Shown: positions 18,071-28,402, counted from the stretch's first letter. The stretch is 63,107 nucleotides of DNA from an uncultured Bifidobacteriaceae bacterium (GCA_964618545.1 CAZUBG010000002.1:8583-71689), one strand, 5' to 3'. Translations and numbers: made by a program. The notes: generated by a model not told the origin, from the letters alone.

Positions 18071-20410
18071 ATGAATGTGCCGAACAATGTCGAGAGGATC
18101 GCCCTAATTACTTTTTCCACTTGGGCTGTCTTGCTTTTCCTGACCGGGTGCCACACGACTCCCCCCCAGCGAAAACAGGAATCGGGGCAAAATTCGCCAC
18201 AGGCAACGCCAACCAATAATGCATTCGTCACAAATTATGTATCGGTAACGAAAGCGCCACCGCCAACCCCAACCAATCCGCCAACAGGCCGACCCCGAGT
18301 TCATAGCATTGGCGATTCCAGTCCTTGTGTTGTGTTTAATGCAGGCAATGAATTGATAATCCCCATTCGGGGGCAGGATTTGATGGACGATGCCAGCGAT
18401 GTCTCGATTGATGTTCAAACCTCTGTCCCACTGATTCCTGGGGTGGATTATTATCTGGACACGACTAACAGTGAGGTCACTCCATCCCTGATCTTTCTGC
18501 GGTTCACCAGCCACGCCACCTCGAATTTTTCTTCCAAGGACCGCCTCTCCGTCAATATTAATATCAGCGAGAAGCCCATCAACGATGGAAGCCTTCAAAG
18601 CGTGTACGAAATGGCTGAATTTCAAAGGCTGGTCCTTGCCCGCAAATTCACCTTGGAAGAGATGACCAACCTTATGGCGGGCAACGTGGATGCAAAAACG
18701 GCCCGGATGTTGGGATACAAGGCGGTGTTGGCCAATTGGAGTGATGCCCAGATTGCCGCATTGACCAACTGGTTTAACATGAACAATCCCATCGTGCCGC
18801 AGGTCGCGCAAGCGTTCATTGAAGCCGCCGCATTGACCAACTGGTTTAACATGAACAATCCCGCATCGCAATCCGGTGTTGGACACGGCCCCAACGCTGT
18901 CGCGGCCGGGCCGCAACCATCATCCAGCGTGACACAAAATTTAATGGATGCCATAACAGAGGCAAGAGTATTCAAGAATACCGGCGTGATTGAGGTTCAG
19001 CGTGCGCCTAGAGCCGCATTGCTGGCTTCCATATCACGGACCTTTATTCTGTACAACTCACAGGATTACCGAACCAAAGTGCTGGCCGGGCAGATTGAAC
19101 TGCAAAATATCAGCGCGTATCCGTTGAATTTCAATGAATCCAAAAAACTGTTTGGCGATTTGGTGGCGATAAATTTCTTTGCCGTTCGACTGACCCTGCA
19201 CAATCCCACCGACCAGGACCAGTTTGTCAGTTTGGGAACGGTTACGGCCTATGGCCGGGCCTTGGTGAAGACAGACACGACCAATTCCGGACCAGTTTTT
19301 ACCGTTCCCATCAACATGACGCCACAAAGCGAGCAGCAGATTTACACCATGGTTCAAAGTGCAAAAGGTCAGATCTGGCCGTGGAATAGTGAGCACGATG
19401 GGGATTCCGTTCGGGATTGGTTTTTCGGGGGGTTGGATTTTGCCGGGGCCCTAGCCGCCGCCTACGGGACAAGTTTTGGAGCCTCGGAAGATTATGTCAA
19501 GGCTGTGGCTTTAGCCACGGGTGCGGCCTTTCCCGCTTTGGGAAAATTATGGGAAGACCAGCGTCCCTTCCATTTGTTGAACATTAACAATTTTTCAATG
19601 CCGGATGTCGTTAAAATCCCCAAGGGAGGGGGGAGCATGGATGGAAAGTACATTTTCTTTTCCAAAGGGCCCCTGCAGGGCCTTTTACAGGATCCTAATA
19701 TGCAAGATGTTTTTACTGATAGTGATTGGGATAAGTTCAAGAAAAAGCCGGGGGAGTTGGCGAAAAGGTTTTCTGCTCCGCCGGTTTCCCTGGCGTTTGA
19801 CAGCCTGCAAATACCTTATGAAAATTCTTACATTCAGTCACAGAATATCACCTCCAATATCCCGCCCACTGCTCCCACGATTCTCGTTGATCTCACCAAC
19901 CAAACGGCGGACATTTCCAAATCCGTCGCCTTTGCCGTCAAGGTCGCCGGAACCGCTCCGTTTTCATATCAATGGCATTTCCAGCAGACAAACCTCATTA
20001 ACGGAGTCAACGACTCCAGCCTCACGCTGACCAACTTAAACGAAACCAACTTTGGAACTTATTCGGTTACCATCACCAACAATTACGGCCAAATTAACAC
20101 CTTCGCAACCCTGACCAAAATCATCCCCCCCTTCATTACTCTGCCACTGCAGGGCGATAAGGGCGATTCTGTGAAAGAATCCCAAACTACCAACTACACC
20201 TTTAAAGTGATGGCCGGTGGCGACACCCCGCTCAGTTATCACTGGTTTGTTTGCAGCGGCTCCACCACCAACCTTATTCCAGACGCGACTGGCACCAATT
20301 ACACTCTCAAACCCGTTACCAACGGCGATACAGGCACATATTTTGTTGTTGTCAGTAATAAATCCATCTTTGCAACAAAATCCCAGACAAATTTGACGGT
20401 GAACCCATAA
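18071..20410 (+). CDS. Hypothetical lipoprotein with two C-terminal Ig-like domains (paralog A)
   Basis: Lipobox FLTGC at residues 23-27. Ig motifs GTAPFSYQW and GDTPLSYHW. Visibly more AT-rich than flanks. Confidence 0.8.
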   Translation: MNVPNNVERIALITFSTWAVLLFLTGCHTTPPQRKQESGQNSPQATPTNNAFVTNYVSVTKAPPPTPTNPPTGRPRVHSIGDSSPCVVFNAGNELIIPIRGQDLMDDASDVSIDVQTSVPLIPGVDYYLDTTNSEVTPSLIFLRFTSHATSNFSSKDRLSVNINISEKPINDGSLQSVYEMAEFQRLVLARKFTLEEMTNLMAGNVDAKTARMLGYKAVLANWSDAQIAALTNWFNMNNPIVPQVAQAFIEAAALTNWFNMNNPASQSGVGHGPNAVAAGPQPSSSVTQNLMDAITEARVFKNTGVIEVQRAPRAALLASISRTFILYNSQDYRTKVLAGQIELQNISAYPLNFNESKKLFGDLVAINFFAVRLTLHNPTDQDQFVSLGTVTAYGRALVKTDTTNSGPVFTVPINMTPQSEQQIYTMVQSAKGQIWPWNSEHDGDSVRDWFFGGLDFAGALAAAYGTSFGASEDYVKAVALATGAAFPALGKLWEDQRPFHLLNINNFSMPDVVKIPKGGGSMDGKYIFFSKGPLQGLLQDPNMQDVFTDSDWDKFKKKPGELAKRFSAPPVSLAFDSLQIPYENSYIQSQNITSNIPPTAPTILVDLTNQTADISKSVAFAVKVAGTAPFSYQWHFQQTNLINGVNDSSLTLTNLNETNFGTYSVTITNNYGQINTFATLTKIIPPFITLPLQGDKGDSVKESQTTNYTFKVMAGGDTPLSYHWFVCSGSTTNLIPDATGTNYTLKPVTNGDTGTYFVVVSNKSIFATKSQTNLTVNP
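18755..18862 (+). repeat. Two identical 36-bp repeats separated by 36 bp inside paralog A
   Basis: GCCGCATTGACCAACTGGTTTAACATGAACAATCCC at 18755-18790 and 18827-18862; in frame (AALTNWFNMNNP twice). Confidence 0.9.
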
Positions 20411-20680
20411 ATGCGTAAAGGAAATAACGGACCCGGTTTGGTGGTCGCACGGGGAAACGCTGTAAATGGCACGCTGCCGGGCGTTTAGCGAGGGTTTCAG
20501 GCGTGTCAGCGGATGCATGGCGTTTGGACGTAAGCGGTGAGCCGAAAGCCTTCTTTACAGGGCAACTCCAGACGGTGCAGAGAGGCGGCAAAGATTGGCT
20601 CTGAGCGGTGCGGCGGTTGTTTAAGAAATAGCATGAATCGCTGCCGCAAAAAACAACGCCCATAGCGGAATCCTTTTATT

Positions 20681-22264
20681 ATGCATTTACAAAATAATGG
20701 GCAGAGGAATGCCATAATTATTCTTGCCAGTTGGGCTGTCCTATTTTTCTTGACCGGGTGCCACACGACTTTCAACGATCAAAAGCAAAGTCCGCCACTT
20801 GCAATGAACCCGCCAACAGACCGGCCCCGAATCCAGAGTATTGGGGATTCCAATCCTTGCATTGTTTTTACTGCCGGGAAGGAATTGCTAATCTCCATTC
20901 GAGGGCAACACTTACCAAATCGTGCCAGTGATTATTCGGTTTATGCGCAAACGTCAGTCCCATTAATCCCTGGGCTGGATTATTATCTGGTCACGAATAA
21001 CCTTGGTGCTACTACATCACTCCTCCTTCTTCGGTTCACCAGTCACGCCACCACGAATTTTTCCTCCAAGGATCGTCTCTCAATCAATATCAATATCAGC
21101 GCAAAGCTGATCAACGATGGCAGCCTGCAAAATGCGCACGATATGGCTGATTTTAAAAGGCTGGTTTTTGACCCCAAATTTACCTTTGAACAAATGACCA
21201 GCAATCTGGTTGGAAATATTGATACAAATACGGCCTGGATTTTGGGATACAGGGCGGTGCTGGCCAATTTGAGTGCTGCGCAGATTGCGGCATTGACCAA
21301 CCGGTTTAACATAAACAATCGTGCCCCGGGTGCTTCGCAAAAAGCAACGCAATCCGGGACTGAGAACGACCGTGTTGATTTCAAAACAAATTGGTATTTG
21401 ACGCAAGCTTTAATGGCTGGCGTGAGTGAAGCGGAAGCATTCAAAAATTCCGGCAATATCGCTTTTTGCCAGGCGCCTGAAGCCACCTTGCTGGCTTCCA
21501 TGTCACAGGATTTTGTTTTGTATACTCAACAGGATTATTTATCCCAAGTGCTGGCCGGTCAGGTTGAACCACAAAACATCACCGCCTACCCCCTGGATTT
21601 CATTCAAGCAGAAAAAATGTTTGGTGGTTTCGTGGCCCGGCACTTTTATCCCGTGCGCCTGACCATTCAGAATCCCACTGATCAGGATCAGTTTATCAGC
21701 CTTCAAAAAATCATCCTCTATGGCTGCGCCCTGGTTTCTGCCGACACCAACAATTCAGGCCCCACTATTACCATTCCAATCATTATGGCCCCCCAAAGCA
21801 ATCAACAAATTTACACCGTGGGAAGTGATGATGACTCCAGCAGGGATTGGGTTTTTAGTAGCCTGGATTTTGACGGCGCGCTCGCCACCGCGTATCAGAC
21901 CCGCTTCAGTGCCGACCGGGACTACACAAATGCGCGCTTCCTCGCCAAGGCCGCTTTGGGCAAATTGTGGGAGGACAAACGTTTTTTTTATTTAATAACA
22001 ATCAACAACTTCGCCATGCCCGACGTCGTGGAGGTGCCCAAGGGCGGAGGCTGCCTGGATGGGAAATACATTTTTTTCTCCAAGGACTGGTTACTGGGTG
22101 TTTTGCAGTATTCTCCTTCTATCCGAAAGGCCTTTGACATTGATCGCTTAGCCGGTGGTGACTCCCCCCGCAAGTTGGAAAAATACTTTTCCTCCATGCC
22201 CATTTCCCTGACGTTTGACAGTCTGCAAGTTGGTTACGCAAACTCGTTCATGCAATCACAATAA
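20681..22264 (+). CDS. Hypothetical lipoprotein (paralog B, lacks the Ig domains)
   Basis: Lipobox FLTGC. Colinear with paralog A (RFTSHAT.NFSSKDRLS.NINIS, QNI.AYPL.F, NPTDQDQF, NNF.MPDVV..PKGGG..DGKYIFFSK). Confidence 0.8.
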   Translation: MHLQNNGQRNAIIILASWAVLFFLTGCHTTFNDQKQSPPLAMNPPTDRPRIQSIGDSNPCIVFTAGKELLISIRGQHLPNRASDYSVYAQTSVPLIPGLDYYLVTNNLGATTSLLLLRFTSHATTNFSSKDRLSININISAKLINDGSLQNAHDMADFKRLVFDPKFTFEQMTSNLVGNIDTNTAWILGYRAVLANLSAAQIAALTNRFNINNRAPGASQKATQSGTENDRVDFKTNWYLTQALMAGVSEAEAFKNSGNIAFCQAPEATLLASMSQDFVLYTQQDYLSQVLAGQVEPQNITAYPLDFIQAEKMFGGFVARHFYPVRLTIQNPTDQDQFISLQKIILYGCALVSADTNNSGPTITIPIIMAPQSNQQIYTVGSDDDSSRDWVFSSLDFDGALATAYQTRFSADRDYTNARFLAKAALGKLWEDKRFFYLITINNFAMPDVVEVPKGGGCLDGKYIFFSKDWLLGVLQYSPSIRKAFDIDRLAGGDSPRKLEKYFSSMPISLTFDSLQVGYANSFMQSQ

Positions 22265-22540
22265 AAGGGAGCGACCCACAGTTTTGATCGCTGCTTCCTT
22301 GATTCTTGTAATGGAGGCCGCGTAACTCGGTATCCCGGGAGGACCCTCCGGCCATAAACCGGTGTTTCAACGTTGGGGACCTGCCCCGCGCGCGACAAGC
22401 CCACACGAACGGCTGAAATTTATTCTCACTCATACCGTTTGTCCGATTCAAGCCGGTGCTGGTTCCGCGAGGATTCAGTCGTCCCTGCGCGAAGCCTGCA
22501 CGTCCGCCCTCACCCACAGAAGCCAGTTTAATCCCACAGC

Positions 22541-22610
22541 CCCTCACCCGGCCTGCGGCCACCCTCTCGCGTTCCCACGCGCGAGGGAAGAGTCCCCTCT
22601 CCCAGGAGAG
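22541..22610. repeat. REP-like element (CCCTCACCCGGCCTGCGGCCACCCTCTC...GAGGG)
   Basis: Intergenic hairpin-forming sequence of a repeat type common in GC-rich bacteria. Confidence 0.45.
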
Positions 22611-22665
22611 AACGCCCTGACAATTTTTCGCGCATTGCGCCCTTGAACCGGGGTGTCTTCGCAAA

Positions 22666-22721
22666 GTGGGACAGGCTTCCAGCCTGTCACCGGGGACTGA
22701 CAGGCTGGAAGCCTGTCCCAC
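22666..22721. repeat. REP-like perfect inverted repeat, 24-bp arms
   Basis: GTGGGACAGGCTTCCAGCCTGTCA-ccggggac-TGACAGGCTGGAAGCCTGTCCCAC; second copy at 45571. Confidence 0.9.
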
Positions 22722-22728
22722 CAACAAC

Positions 22729-22757
22729 AAAAAAGGGCGGCCGTCGCCGGCCGCCCT
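22729..22757 (-). terminator. Intrinsic terminator after the 1534-aa gene
   Basis: Minus strand: AGGGCGGCC-ggcgac-GGCCGCCCT followed by a T run. Confidence 0.75.
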
Positions 22758-22781
22758 GGTGGTTAAAACTCGAACGCCGGC

Positions 22782-25700
22782 TTAATGCACCAGCCGGTAG
22801 AAACCGGCGGCGTTGGTGCCAATCAAGTTGGTGTAAGGACTCGTGGCCCCGGGAACCGCAATGTAAGGCCCGGCCACGTTCGTGGAGGTCTGCAGGTTAA
22901 ACGCGGCATTGGTCCAGGTGAGAACCAAATTCCCACCGGCCAGTTGCGCGCTCACCGGGATGGGGGTCACGTTCACCACATTCACCGTGAGGGTCGAGCT
23001 ATTCGTGCCGCCAATGCCATCCGTGACGGTGTAGCCGATGGTCGAGACGCCCGTGAAATTGTTCGCGGGGGTGAAGAGGACTTGTTGCCCGGCATTGACG
23101 ATGCTCGCCGTCCCATTGGCATCCGGGTTCAGGCTGACCAGGCTCAGGCTGCCGCCCGGGGTTTTCACCACGTCGTTGGTCAACGGATTCAGCACGCTGG
23201 CCGGACTGTTTTCGGAAACGGTGTAAACCACGGGGTTGACCACCGGCGGGATGTTGGTCACCAGCACCGTGAGGGTGGAGCTGTTGGTGTTCCCAAGGTC
23301 ATCCATGATCGTGTAGCCGATGGTGTCGGTGCCCGCGAAATTATTCGTCGGGAGGTAGGTGATGTTCGTCCCGCTGATCGTCACCGTGCCGTTGGTGTCC
23401 GGGCCGACGCTGATGAGACTCAGCTCCGAGCCGGCGTCCAGGAGCAGCGGACTCAGGAGGTTGGTCGTGTTTTCGGTGACGGCATAGGCGCCGGGGTTGG
23501 CCTGCGGCGGATAAAACACGCTGTCAAACGCCAGTCCGACGGTGAGCTGGCCCACGCTGACCGAGCCCGCGCTGGAGCCGGATTCGCGCAGTTCAAAATT
23601 GGCGATGTCATACAGGTTGGTGGGCGTGGGGGCCGGGGTGCTGTCGGTCACGCTGGGGGCCGACTGGTTGGTGGGATTGATCCAGAGGGTCGAGAACCCG
23701 TTGGCAACCACCAACCGAACGATCACGAGGTAATTGCTGCCCGGAGTGAGGTCCTGCGGGAACATCACGCTGTTGGTGCCATTGGCCCCGTTGAAGTTGT
23801 CAATGCCGATCCGATAGTTGCCCAGCGCCGCGCCGTTGGTGGCCGCGACCACCCGGCCCTCCACGTCGCCGGTGACGCCGGAGCCATCGTTGAAGATCGC
23901 AAAATAAGAGCCGTTGGCCGCGGGCATTTTGTTGGGGCTCATGTTGACCATGAAGCTGGCATACAACACCGCCGCGCTGTTGGTCTTGTAAGGGCTGCCC
24001 AGCAACTGGGCCTGCACATTCTCGGTGTTGTCCGCCGTGTCCACGAGGGCGTACCCGGAACCGACCTGCATTTGTCCATTGATCCCGGAAAGATGATTCC
24101 ACAAGCCGCCGGCCACGACGTCGAGGGAGCCGCTGCTGTCATAATCGAAGTAATCCACCAACACCACATTGGTATTGGGCCGGACCATGACTTCAATGTT
24201 CGCGGTGGTGCTGCGGGGCTCCAGTCCGCCATCCTCCTGATCCGGGTCGGTGACGGTGACGCTGATTTTGGCGTTGCCCACCTGGTCGGCGACCGGGGTG
24301 ATGGCGAGGGTGAGATTTCCCGTGCTGGGATTGCCGCCAAACACCAGGTTGCCGGTGGGAATCACCGTGTTATTGTCGGAAACCGCCGAATAAGTCAGGT
24401 TGTTTGCGGTATTCCGGGCGGAGCCGATGGCGAACGGAATCGTCAGGCCGGAATTGGCCAGCAGATTGGTGGTTTGCAGGGAGGTCAGCGTATTGGTCGG
24501 GGGCTGGTTGATGGACCCGACCGTGAGGACGAACCAGGAAGCCGAGGAATCCCCGCTGGCATCGGTGGCGGTGACCAGGATCGGCCCCGCGTCATTGGCG
24601 TCGGGAATGGGGTTGCCGGCGAAGGAAATGCTCAGCGTGCGGTTGGTGCCGGAACCGCCAAACACAAAGTTCGGGCTGATCGTGCTGGGAGTCGGCTCGG
24701 CGGCGACCTCGGCCAGCGTCACCGCATTGTAAGCAAGCTGATCCGGCGGGGTGGTGCCGGCCAGCACGGTGAAATTCAGGGTGAGGGTGTTGGTGTCCAC
24801 CGTGTTGGTGTTGGCCATGGCACTGAGGACCGGCGGCACGTTGTTGTTGGTGATGGCATCGGCGGTGATGGCCACCAGGTCGTAGGTTACGGTGCCGGGC
24901 GCGGAATTTCCGGAGGCTCCCGACGTGTAGGAATTGGCGGTGCCCACCCAGGTATTGGTCGTGCCAACACCATACGTGGCCGTGTTTTCATATTCCGTCA
25001 CGATGCGGACGCCGAAGTTGGGATTGTTCTCCACCCCGGGGAAGCCCACGAGACTGTAGGTGAAGGTGTAATAACCGGCATTGCCGCTGCCATAGAGGCC
25101 GCTGAAGGTCGAGCTGGCCGGGTAATCAATCCAATTCGTTCCGTTCGTGGTGAATTGCAGCCGGTCGTAGTCGCTGGCGGTGGCCGAGACGCGGGAGTCA
25201 TAGGAAACGTTGATGTTTTTGGCCCCGACGGTGCTGACATTGAACTGCACCCCGTTCGCCTTGTTGGTGCCCGTCACCGGATAGTTTTCCGTGCCCCAGG
25301 AGAAATTCGGGGAGGGCTGGACAAAGCCGAACGGGGAAAACACCCCGGCCACGTCGGCGGGATCCGTGGCGCCGGAAAACGGCGAGGTGCCCGGATCGTA
25401 GCAGGTGCCGACGGCGGCGGCGGTGCCATAGCCAATGAAAGCGGCCGGATTATTGAGGCAGTTGGGATTGATGGCGGTATTCGTGAATTGAACCCCGTCA
25501 AAATCCCACAGCGCCAGCATGCCCTGGGTGTTGGTGACCGAGAGGAGCGACGCCACGGAACTGGTGACGGAGCCGAACGCATTGGCGGCCACCACGACGA
25601 AGTTGTTCAGGGCGGTGGTGGTCTGCAAATTGGTGAGGGTCAGGAGGCTGGTGTTGGCGCCGAACACCACCGAGGCATCGCCCTGCACGCCATTGTTGAC

Positions 25701-27386
25701 GGGCGCGAGGAGGTCGCCGCTGAGGTCTGAAAAATACCACTGGTAGGTGAAGGGAGAGGTGCCCGCCACGGTGACGGCAAACTGCACCGTTCCGTCCACC
25801 AACCCCTGCGCGCTGCTGGGTTGGACCTGGAGGACGGGGTCAATGACGCTCAGGGTGACCACGGAGCTGGTGGCCGAACCGGACATATTGGTCAGGACGG
25901 CAAAATAGCCGCCCGAATTGGCCGCCAGCACGTTGGTCAGCGTGAGGGTTGCGGAAGTGGCCCACGGGAGGAAATTCGTGGTGGTGCCGGAGATTTCATA
26001 CCAGAGATTGGTGGCCGGGCTGCCGGTTTGACTGGCGGTGAACGAAACCGTCGTGCCGGCATTCGCCGTCAGACTGGCCGGGGAGACAACCAAATTGGTG
26101 GGGGCGACGACCCCGGTGAGAGAATTCAGGCCGCCGATGACCACGAAGCCGTTGGTGCCGATGGGGGGATTGTCATAAATATACCAGGTGCCGGAGGTGC
26201 CGGTGGCGCCCCAGTTTACAATGCGAAAGAAATTGGTGGTGGTGGAAGGCACATTTTGCAGCGCGTCAAAGGTGGAAAGATTGTTCGTCATCAGGGCGGT
26301 TGCGGAACTGCCCCCGCCGCCCCCGGCATAGTTCATCGCCAGAAGATCCGAGTAATTGATGCCGTCGGTGGAGTATTGCAACTCACCATGACTCGGGCCG
26401 GTGCCGGAAACGTGGTAATACAAAACATTTGTGAAAAAGGACACCGTATAGCCAGGCGCTGCCTGGAGGGAATAAGTGAGATAAAGTCCGTTGGCAATCG
26501 AGTTGGCCTCACTGTCAACCAGACCGGCGTTGGTCCAGGTATTCCCGCCATATTCAGAAGTTCCGGTGGGTTCGCCGATGCCGGAGCCCTTCATCATGGG
26601 GCCGACGATCAGGTTGGCGGCCGCCGTGTTGTTGGTAAAGGGATTCGGCGGCGGGAGGTTGGTTAGCGCATTGACCCACCAGGTGGCGAGGCTCTCCGCC
26701 GGAGGGACCGGCGCGACGGACCCCAAGACCACGAAGCCATTGGTGCCGGCGGCGGCGGGGGGATTGTCATAAATATACCAGGTGCCGCCGGTGCTGGTCG
26801 CGCCCCAGTTCACCAAGCGGAAGAAATTCGTCGTGGTCGAAGGGACATTTTGCAGCACGGCGATGGTGGAAAGATTGTTCGTCATGAGCGCGGTGACGGC
26901 ACTGCCCCCGTCGCCCCCGGCATAGGTGATCGGCAGAATATCAGTATAATTGACGCCATCGGTGGAATACTGCAACTCCGCCTGGCCCGGCCCGGTGGCG
27001 GAAACGTGATAATACAACATGTTCGTGGAAAAGGAAACCGTATAGCCGGGCGCTGCCTGGATGGCATAGGTGAGATACAGGCCGTTGGCAATCGAATTGG
27101 CCTCGCTGTCAGGCAAACCGACATTTGTCCAGGTGTTCCCGCCATACTCAGCGGTTCCCGTGGGTTCGCCGATCCCGGAACCCTTCGTCATGGGATAAAC
27201 AATCACGCCGGGGTTGGCCGTATTGTTCGTGAACGGATTCGGGGGCGGGAGGTTGGTTAGGGCATTGACCCACCAGGTGGCAATGGTTTGTTGGGCGGAA
27301 ACCGGGGTGCTGGTGGAACACATCACCGCCGACACGGCGGCGGCGAGGGCGAGCTGGGTTAATGATTTAAACGGGTGCATTTTCAT
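22782..27386 (-). CDS. Giant secreted protein (1534 aa): two 198-aa N-terminal repeats, Ig-like and cadherin-like (Big_9/tandem-95) domains, C-terminal GFYR domain
   Basis: Signal peptide ending VSA. Terminal repeats G.D.IGYT..D..G.TNSSTLTV.V. Ends AAGFYRLVH. Confidence 0.88.
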   Translation of the reverse strand: MKMHPFKSLTQLALAAAVSAVMCSTSTPVSAQQTIATWWVNALTNLPPPNPFTNNTANPGVIVYPMTKGSGIGEPTGTAEYGGNTWTNVGLPDSEANSIANGLYLTYAIQAAPGYTVSFSTNMLYYHVSATGPGQAELQYSTDGVNYTDILPITYAGGDGGSAVTALMTNNLSTIAVLQNVPSTTTNFFRLVNWGATSTGGTWYIYDNPPAAAGTNGFVVLGSVAPVPPAESLATWWVNALTNLPPPNPFTNNTAAANLIVGPMMKGSGIGEPTGTSEYGGNTWTNAGLVDSEANSIANGLYLTYSLQAAPGYTVSFFTNVLYYHVSGTGPSHGELQYSTDGINYSDLLAMNYAGGGGGSSATALMTNNLSTFDALQNVPSTTTNFFRIVNWGATGTSGTWYIYDNPPIGTNGFVVIGGLNSLTGVVAPTNLVVSPASLTANAGTTVSFTASQTGSPATNLWYEISGTTTNFLPWATSATLTLTNVLAANSGGYFAVLTNMSGSATSSVVTLSVIDPVLQVQPSSAQGLVDGTVQFAVTVAGTSPFTYQWYFSDLSGDLLAPVNNGVQGDASVVFGANTSLLTLTNLQTTTALNNFVVVAANAFGSVTSSVASLLSVTNTQGMLALWDFDGVQFTNTAINPNCLNNPAAFIGYGTAAAVGTCYDPGTSPFSGATDPADVAGVFSPFGFVQPSPNFSWGTENYPVTGTNKANGVQFNVSTVGAKNINVSYDSRVSATASDYDRLQFTTNGTNWIDYPASSTFSGLYGSGNAGYYTFTYSLVGFPGVENNPNFGVRIVTEYENTATYGVGTTNTWVGTANSYTSGASGNSAPGTVTYDLVAITADAITNNNVPPVLSAMANTNTVDTNTLTLNFTVLAGTTPPDQLAYNAVTLAEVAAEPTPSTISPNFVFGGSGTNRTLSISFAGNPIPDANDAGPILVTATDASGDSSASWFVLTVGSINQPPTNTLTSLQTTNLLANSGLTIPFAIGSARNTANNLTYSAVSDNNTVIPTGNLVFGGNPSTGNLTLAITPVADQVGNAKISVTVTDPDQEDGGLEPRSTTANIEVMVRPNTNVVLVDYFDYDSSGSLDVVAGGLWNHLSGINGQMQVGSGYALVDTADNTENVQAQLLGSPYKTNSAAVLYASFMVNMSPNKMPAANGSYFAIFNDGSGVTGDVEGRVVAATNGAALGNYRIGIDNFNGANGTNSVMFPQDLTPGSNYLVIVRLVVANGFSTLWINPTNQSAPSVTDSTPAPTPTNLYDIANFELRESGSSAGSVSVGQLTVGLAFDSVFYPPQANPGAYAVTENTTNLLSPLLLDAGSELSLISVGPDTNGTVTISGTNITYLPTNNFAGTDTIGYTIMDDLGNTNSSTLTVLVTNIPPVVNPVVYTVSENSPASVLNPLTNDVVKTPGGSLSLVSLNPDANGTASIVNAGQQVLFTPANNFTGVSTIGYTVTDGIGGTNSSTLTVNVVNVTPIPVSAQLAGGNLVLTWTNAAFNLQTSTNVAGPYIAVPGATSPYTNLIGTNAAGFYRLVH
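26094..27281 (-). repeat. Tandem 594-bp internal duplication in the 1534-aa gene
   Basis: ATWWVNALTNLPPPNPFTNNTA...KGSGIGEPTGT.EYGGNTWTN.GL.DSEANSIANGLYLTY...NFFR.VNWGAT.T.GTWYIYDNPP occurs twice, 594 nt apart. Confidence 0.9.
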
Positions 27387-27443
27387 GGTTGGAGGTTCGT
27401 ATCAAGGTTGAAATTCCGGAGGATAACGGGTCGTTACAATTGT

Positions 27444-28310
27444 TCAGTTGGGCGTCGTGGGGGAGGGATACCAATAAATTGTGCGTGATTGCGCCCATTC
27501 GGCGGCTCCGTTGTCCGACGGCTCCCCGTCGGCGACGCCCTGGGATTCCCAAAAATCGTTGGTCCTCGCCGAGATGGCGCTGCCATCCACCATCGAGAAA
27601 TTCCCGAGCTTGTTGTGGCTGTGCCGCGCGGTGGCGTAAAAGCCGGTGACGCAGGACTCAGCCGCCGAGACCGGGATCGCATTGGGGTCATTTTCCGCCA
27701 CAAAAACCGTGGCCGACGGCTTGAGCACATTGGCCAGCTTGGTTTGTCCGCAGCCGGTGTTCACCCGGGTGCCGAAATTGACGCAGATGCGCGAATTTTC
27801 CGCGTACATGAAAAAAGCCTTCTCAATGTTCGGAGGATTGGCGTAGCCAGCGCTCGCCAGGGGATTGGGACAGGTGGGGCAGGAGAAAATGGTGTGACTG
27901 CCCGGCAGCGGGGGATTCTGCGCATGGTTGTAACCGCCATAAAAGTCAATCAAGGGCAGTTGCGACAGCATGGGGGGCACGGCGTTATACCAGGCCGTGT
28001 GCAGGTTGTCCGCCGTCCCGGACGATCCGGGGTCGTCAATGGCGTTGCCCGCATTGCCTTCTTCGGGGACCGCATCGTTGTTGAGATCCTGCGCATACAT
28101 GGTGAAGCCCAGCCCCCATTGCTTCAGATTGCTGAGACATTGGATGCTTTGCGCCTTTTGTTTGGCCGAAGCCAGCGCCGGCAGGAGCATGGCCGCCAGG
28201 ATGGCAATGATCGCGATCACCACCAACAGCTCGATGAGCGTGAAAGCCCGGAACCACTTCAATTTCAAAACGTTGACCGGCCGGAGACCACCGAAATTAG
28301 TTGTCTTCAT
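27444..28310 (-). CDS. Prepilin-type H-X9-DG protein, copy 3
   Basis: MKTTNFGG...[35 protein letters not shown]; [12 protein letters not shown]. Confidence 0.92.
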   Translation of the reverse strand: MKTTNFGGLRPVNVLKLKWFRAFTLIELLVVIAIIAILAAMLLPALASAKQKAQSIQCLSNLKQWGLGFTMYAQDLNNDAVPEEGNAGNAIDDPGSSGTADNLHTAWYNAVPPMLSQLPLIDFYGGYNHAQNPPLPGSHTIFSCPTCPNPLASAGYANPPNIEKAFFMYAENSRICVNFGTRVNTGCGQTKLANVLKPSATVFVAENDPNAIPVSAAESCVTGFYATARHSHNKLGNFSMVDGSAISARTNDFWESQGVADGEPSDNGAAEWAQSRTIYWYPSPTTPN

Positions 28311-28402
28311 TAAAACACAGTGTTGAATCAAGGGCATCCCGTGACGCCAGCGCCAAAAACATTTCCCTTTTGGCTAGGGGTCATCAAGGTTAGAGGATGC
28401 GG

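Noticed and set aside
18755-18862. CRISPR-like 36-bp repeat / 36-bp spacer
   Set aside because: Only two repeats, in frame inside a CDS, non-palindromic, one diverged copy in the paralog, and no cas genes nearby.
20420-20560. Possible c-di-GMP riboswitch between the lipoprotein paralogs
   Set aside because: GGGGAAAC and GAAA-loop fragments are present, but I could not build the P1/P2/P3 architecture; an Infernal/Rfam scan would settle it.
22785-25730. 981-aa plus-strand ORF
   Set aside because: Antisense shadow of the 1534-aa gene caused by GC-rich codon bias; no recognisable motifs. The same applies to 12085-13869, 30895-33069, 34605-35936, 40505-42217, 44154-45488 and 55262-57094.
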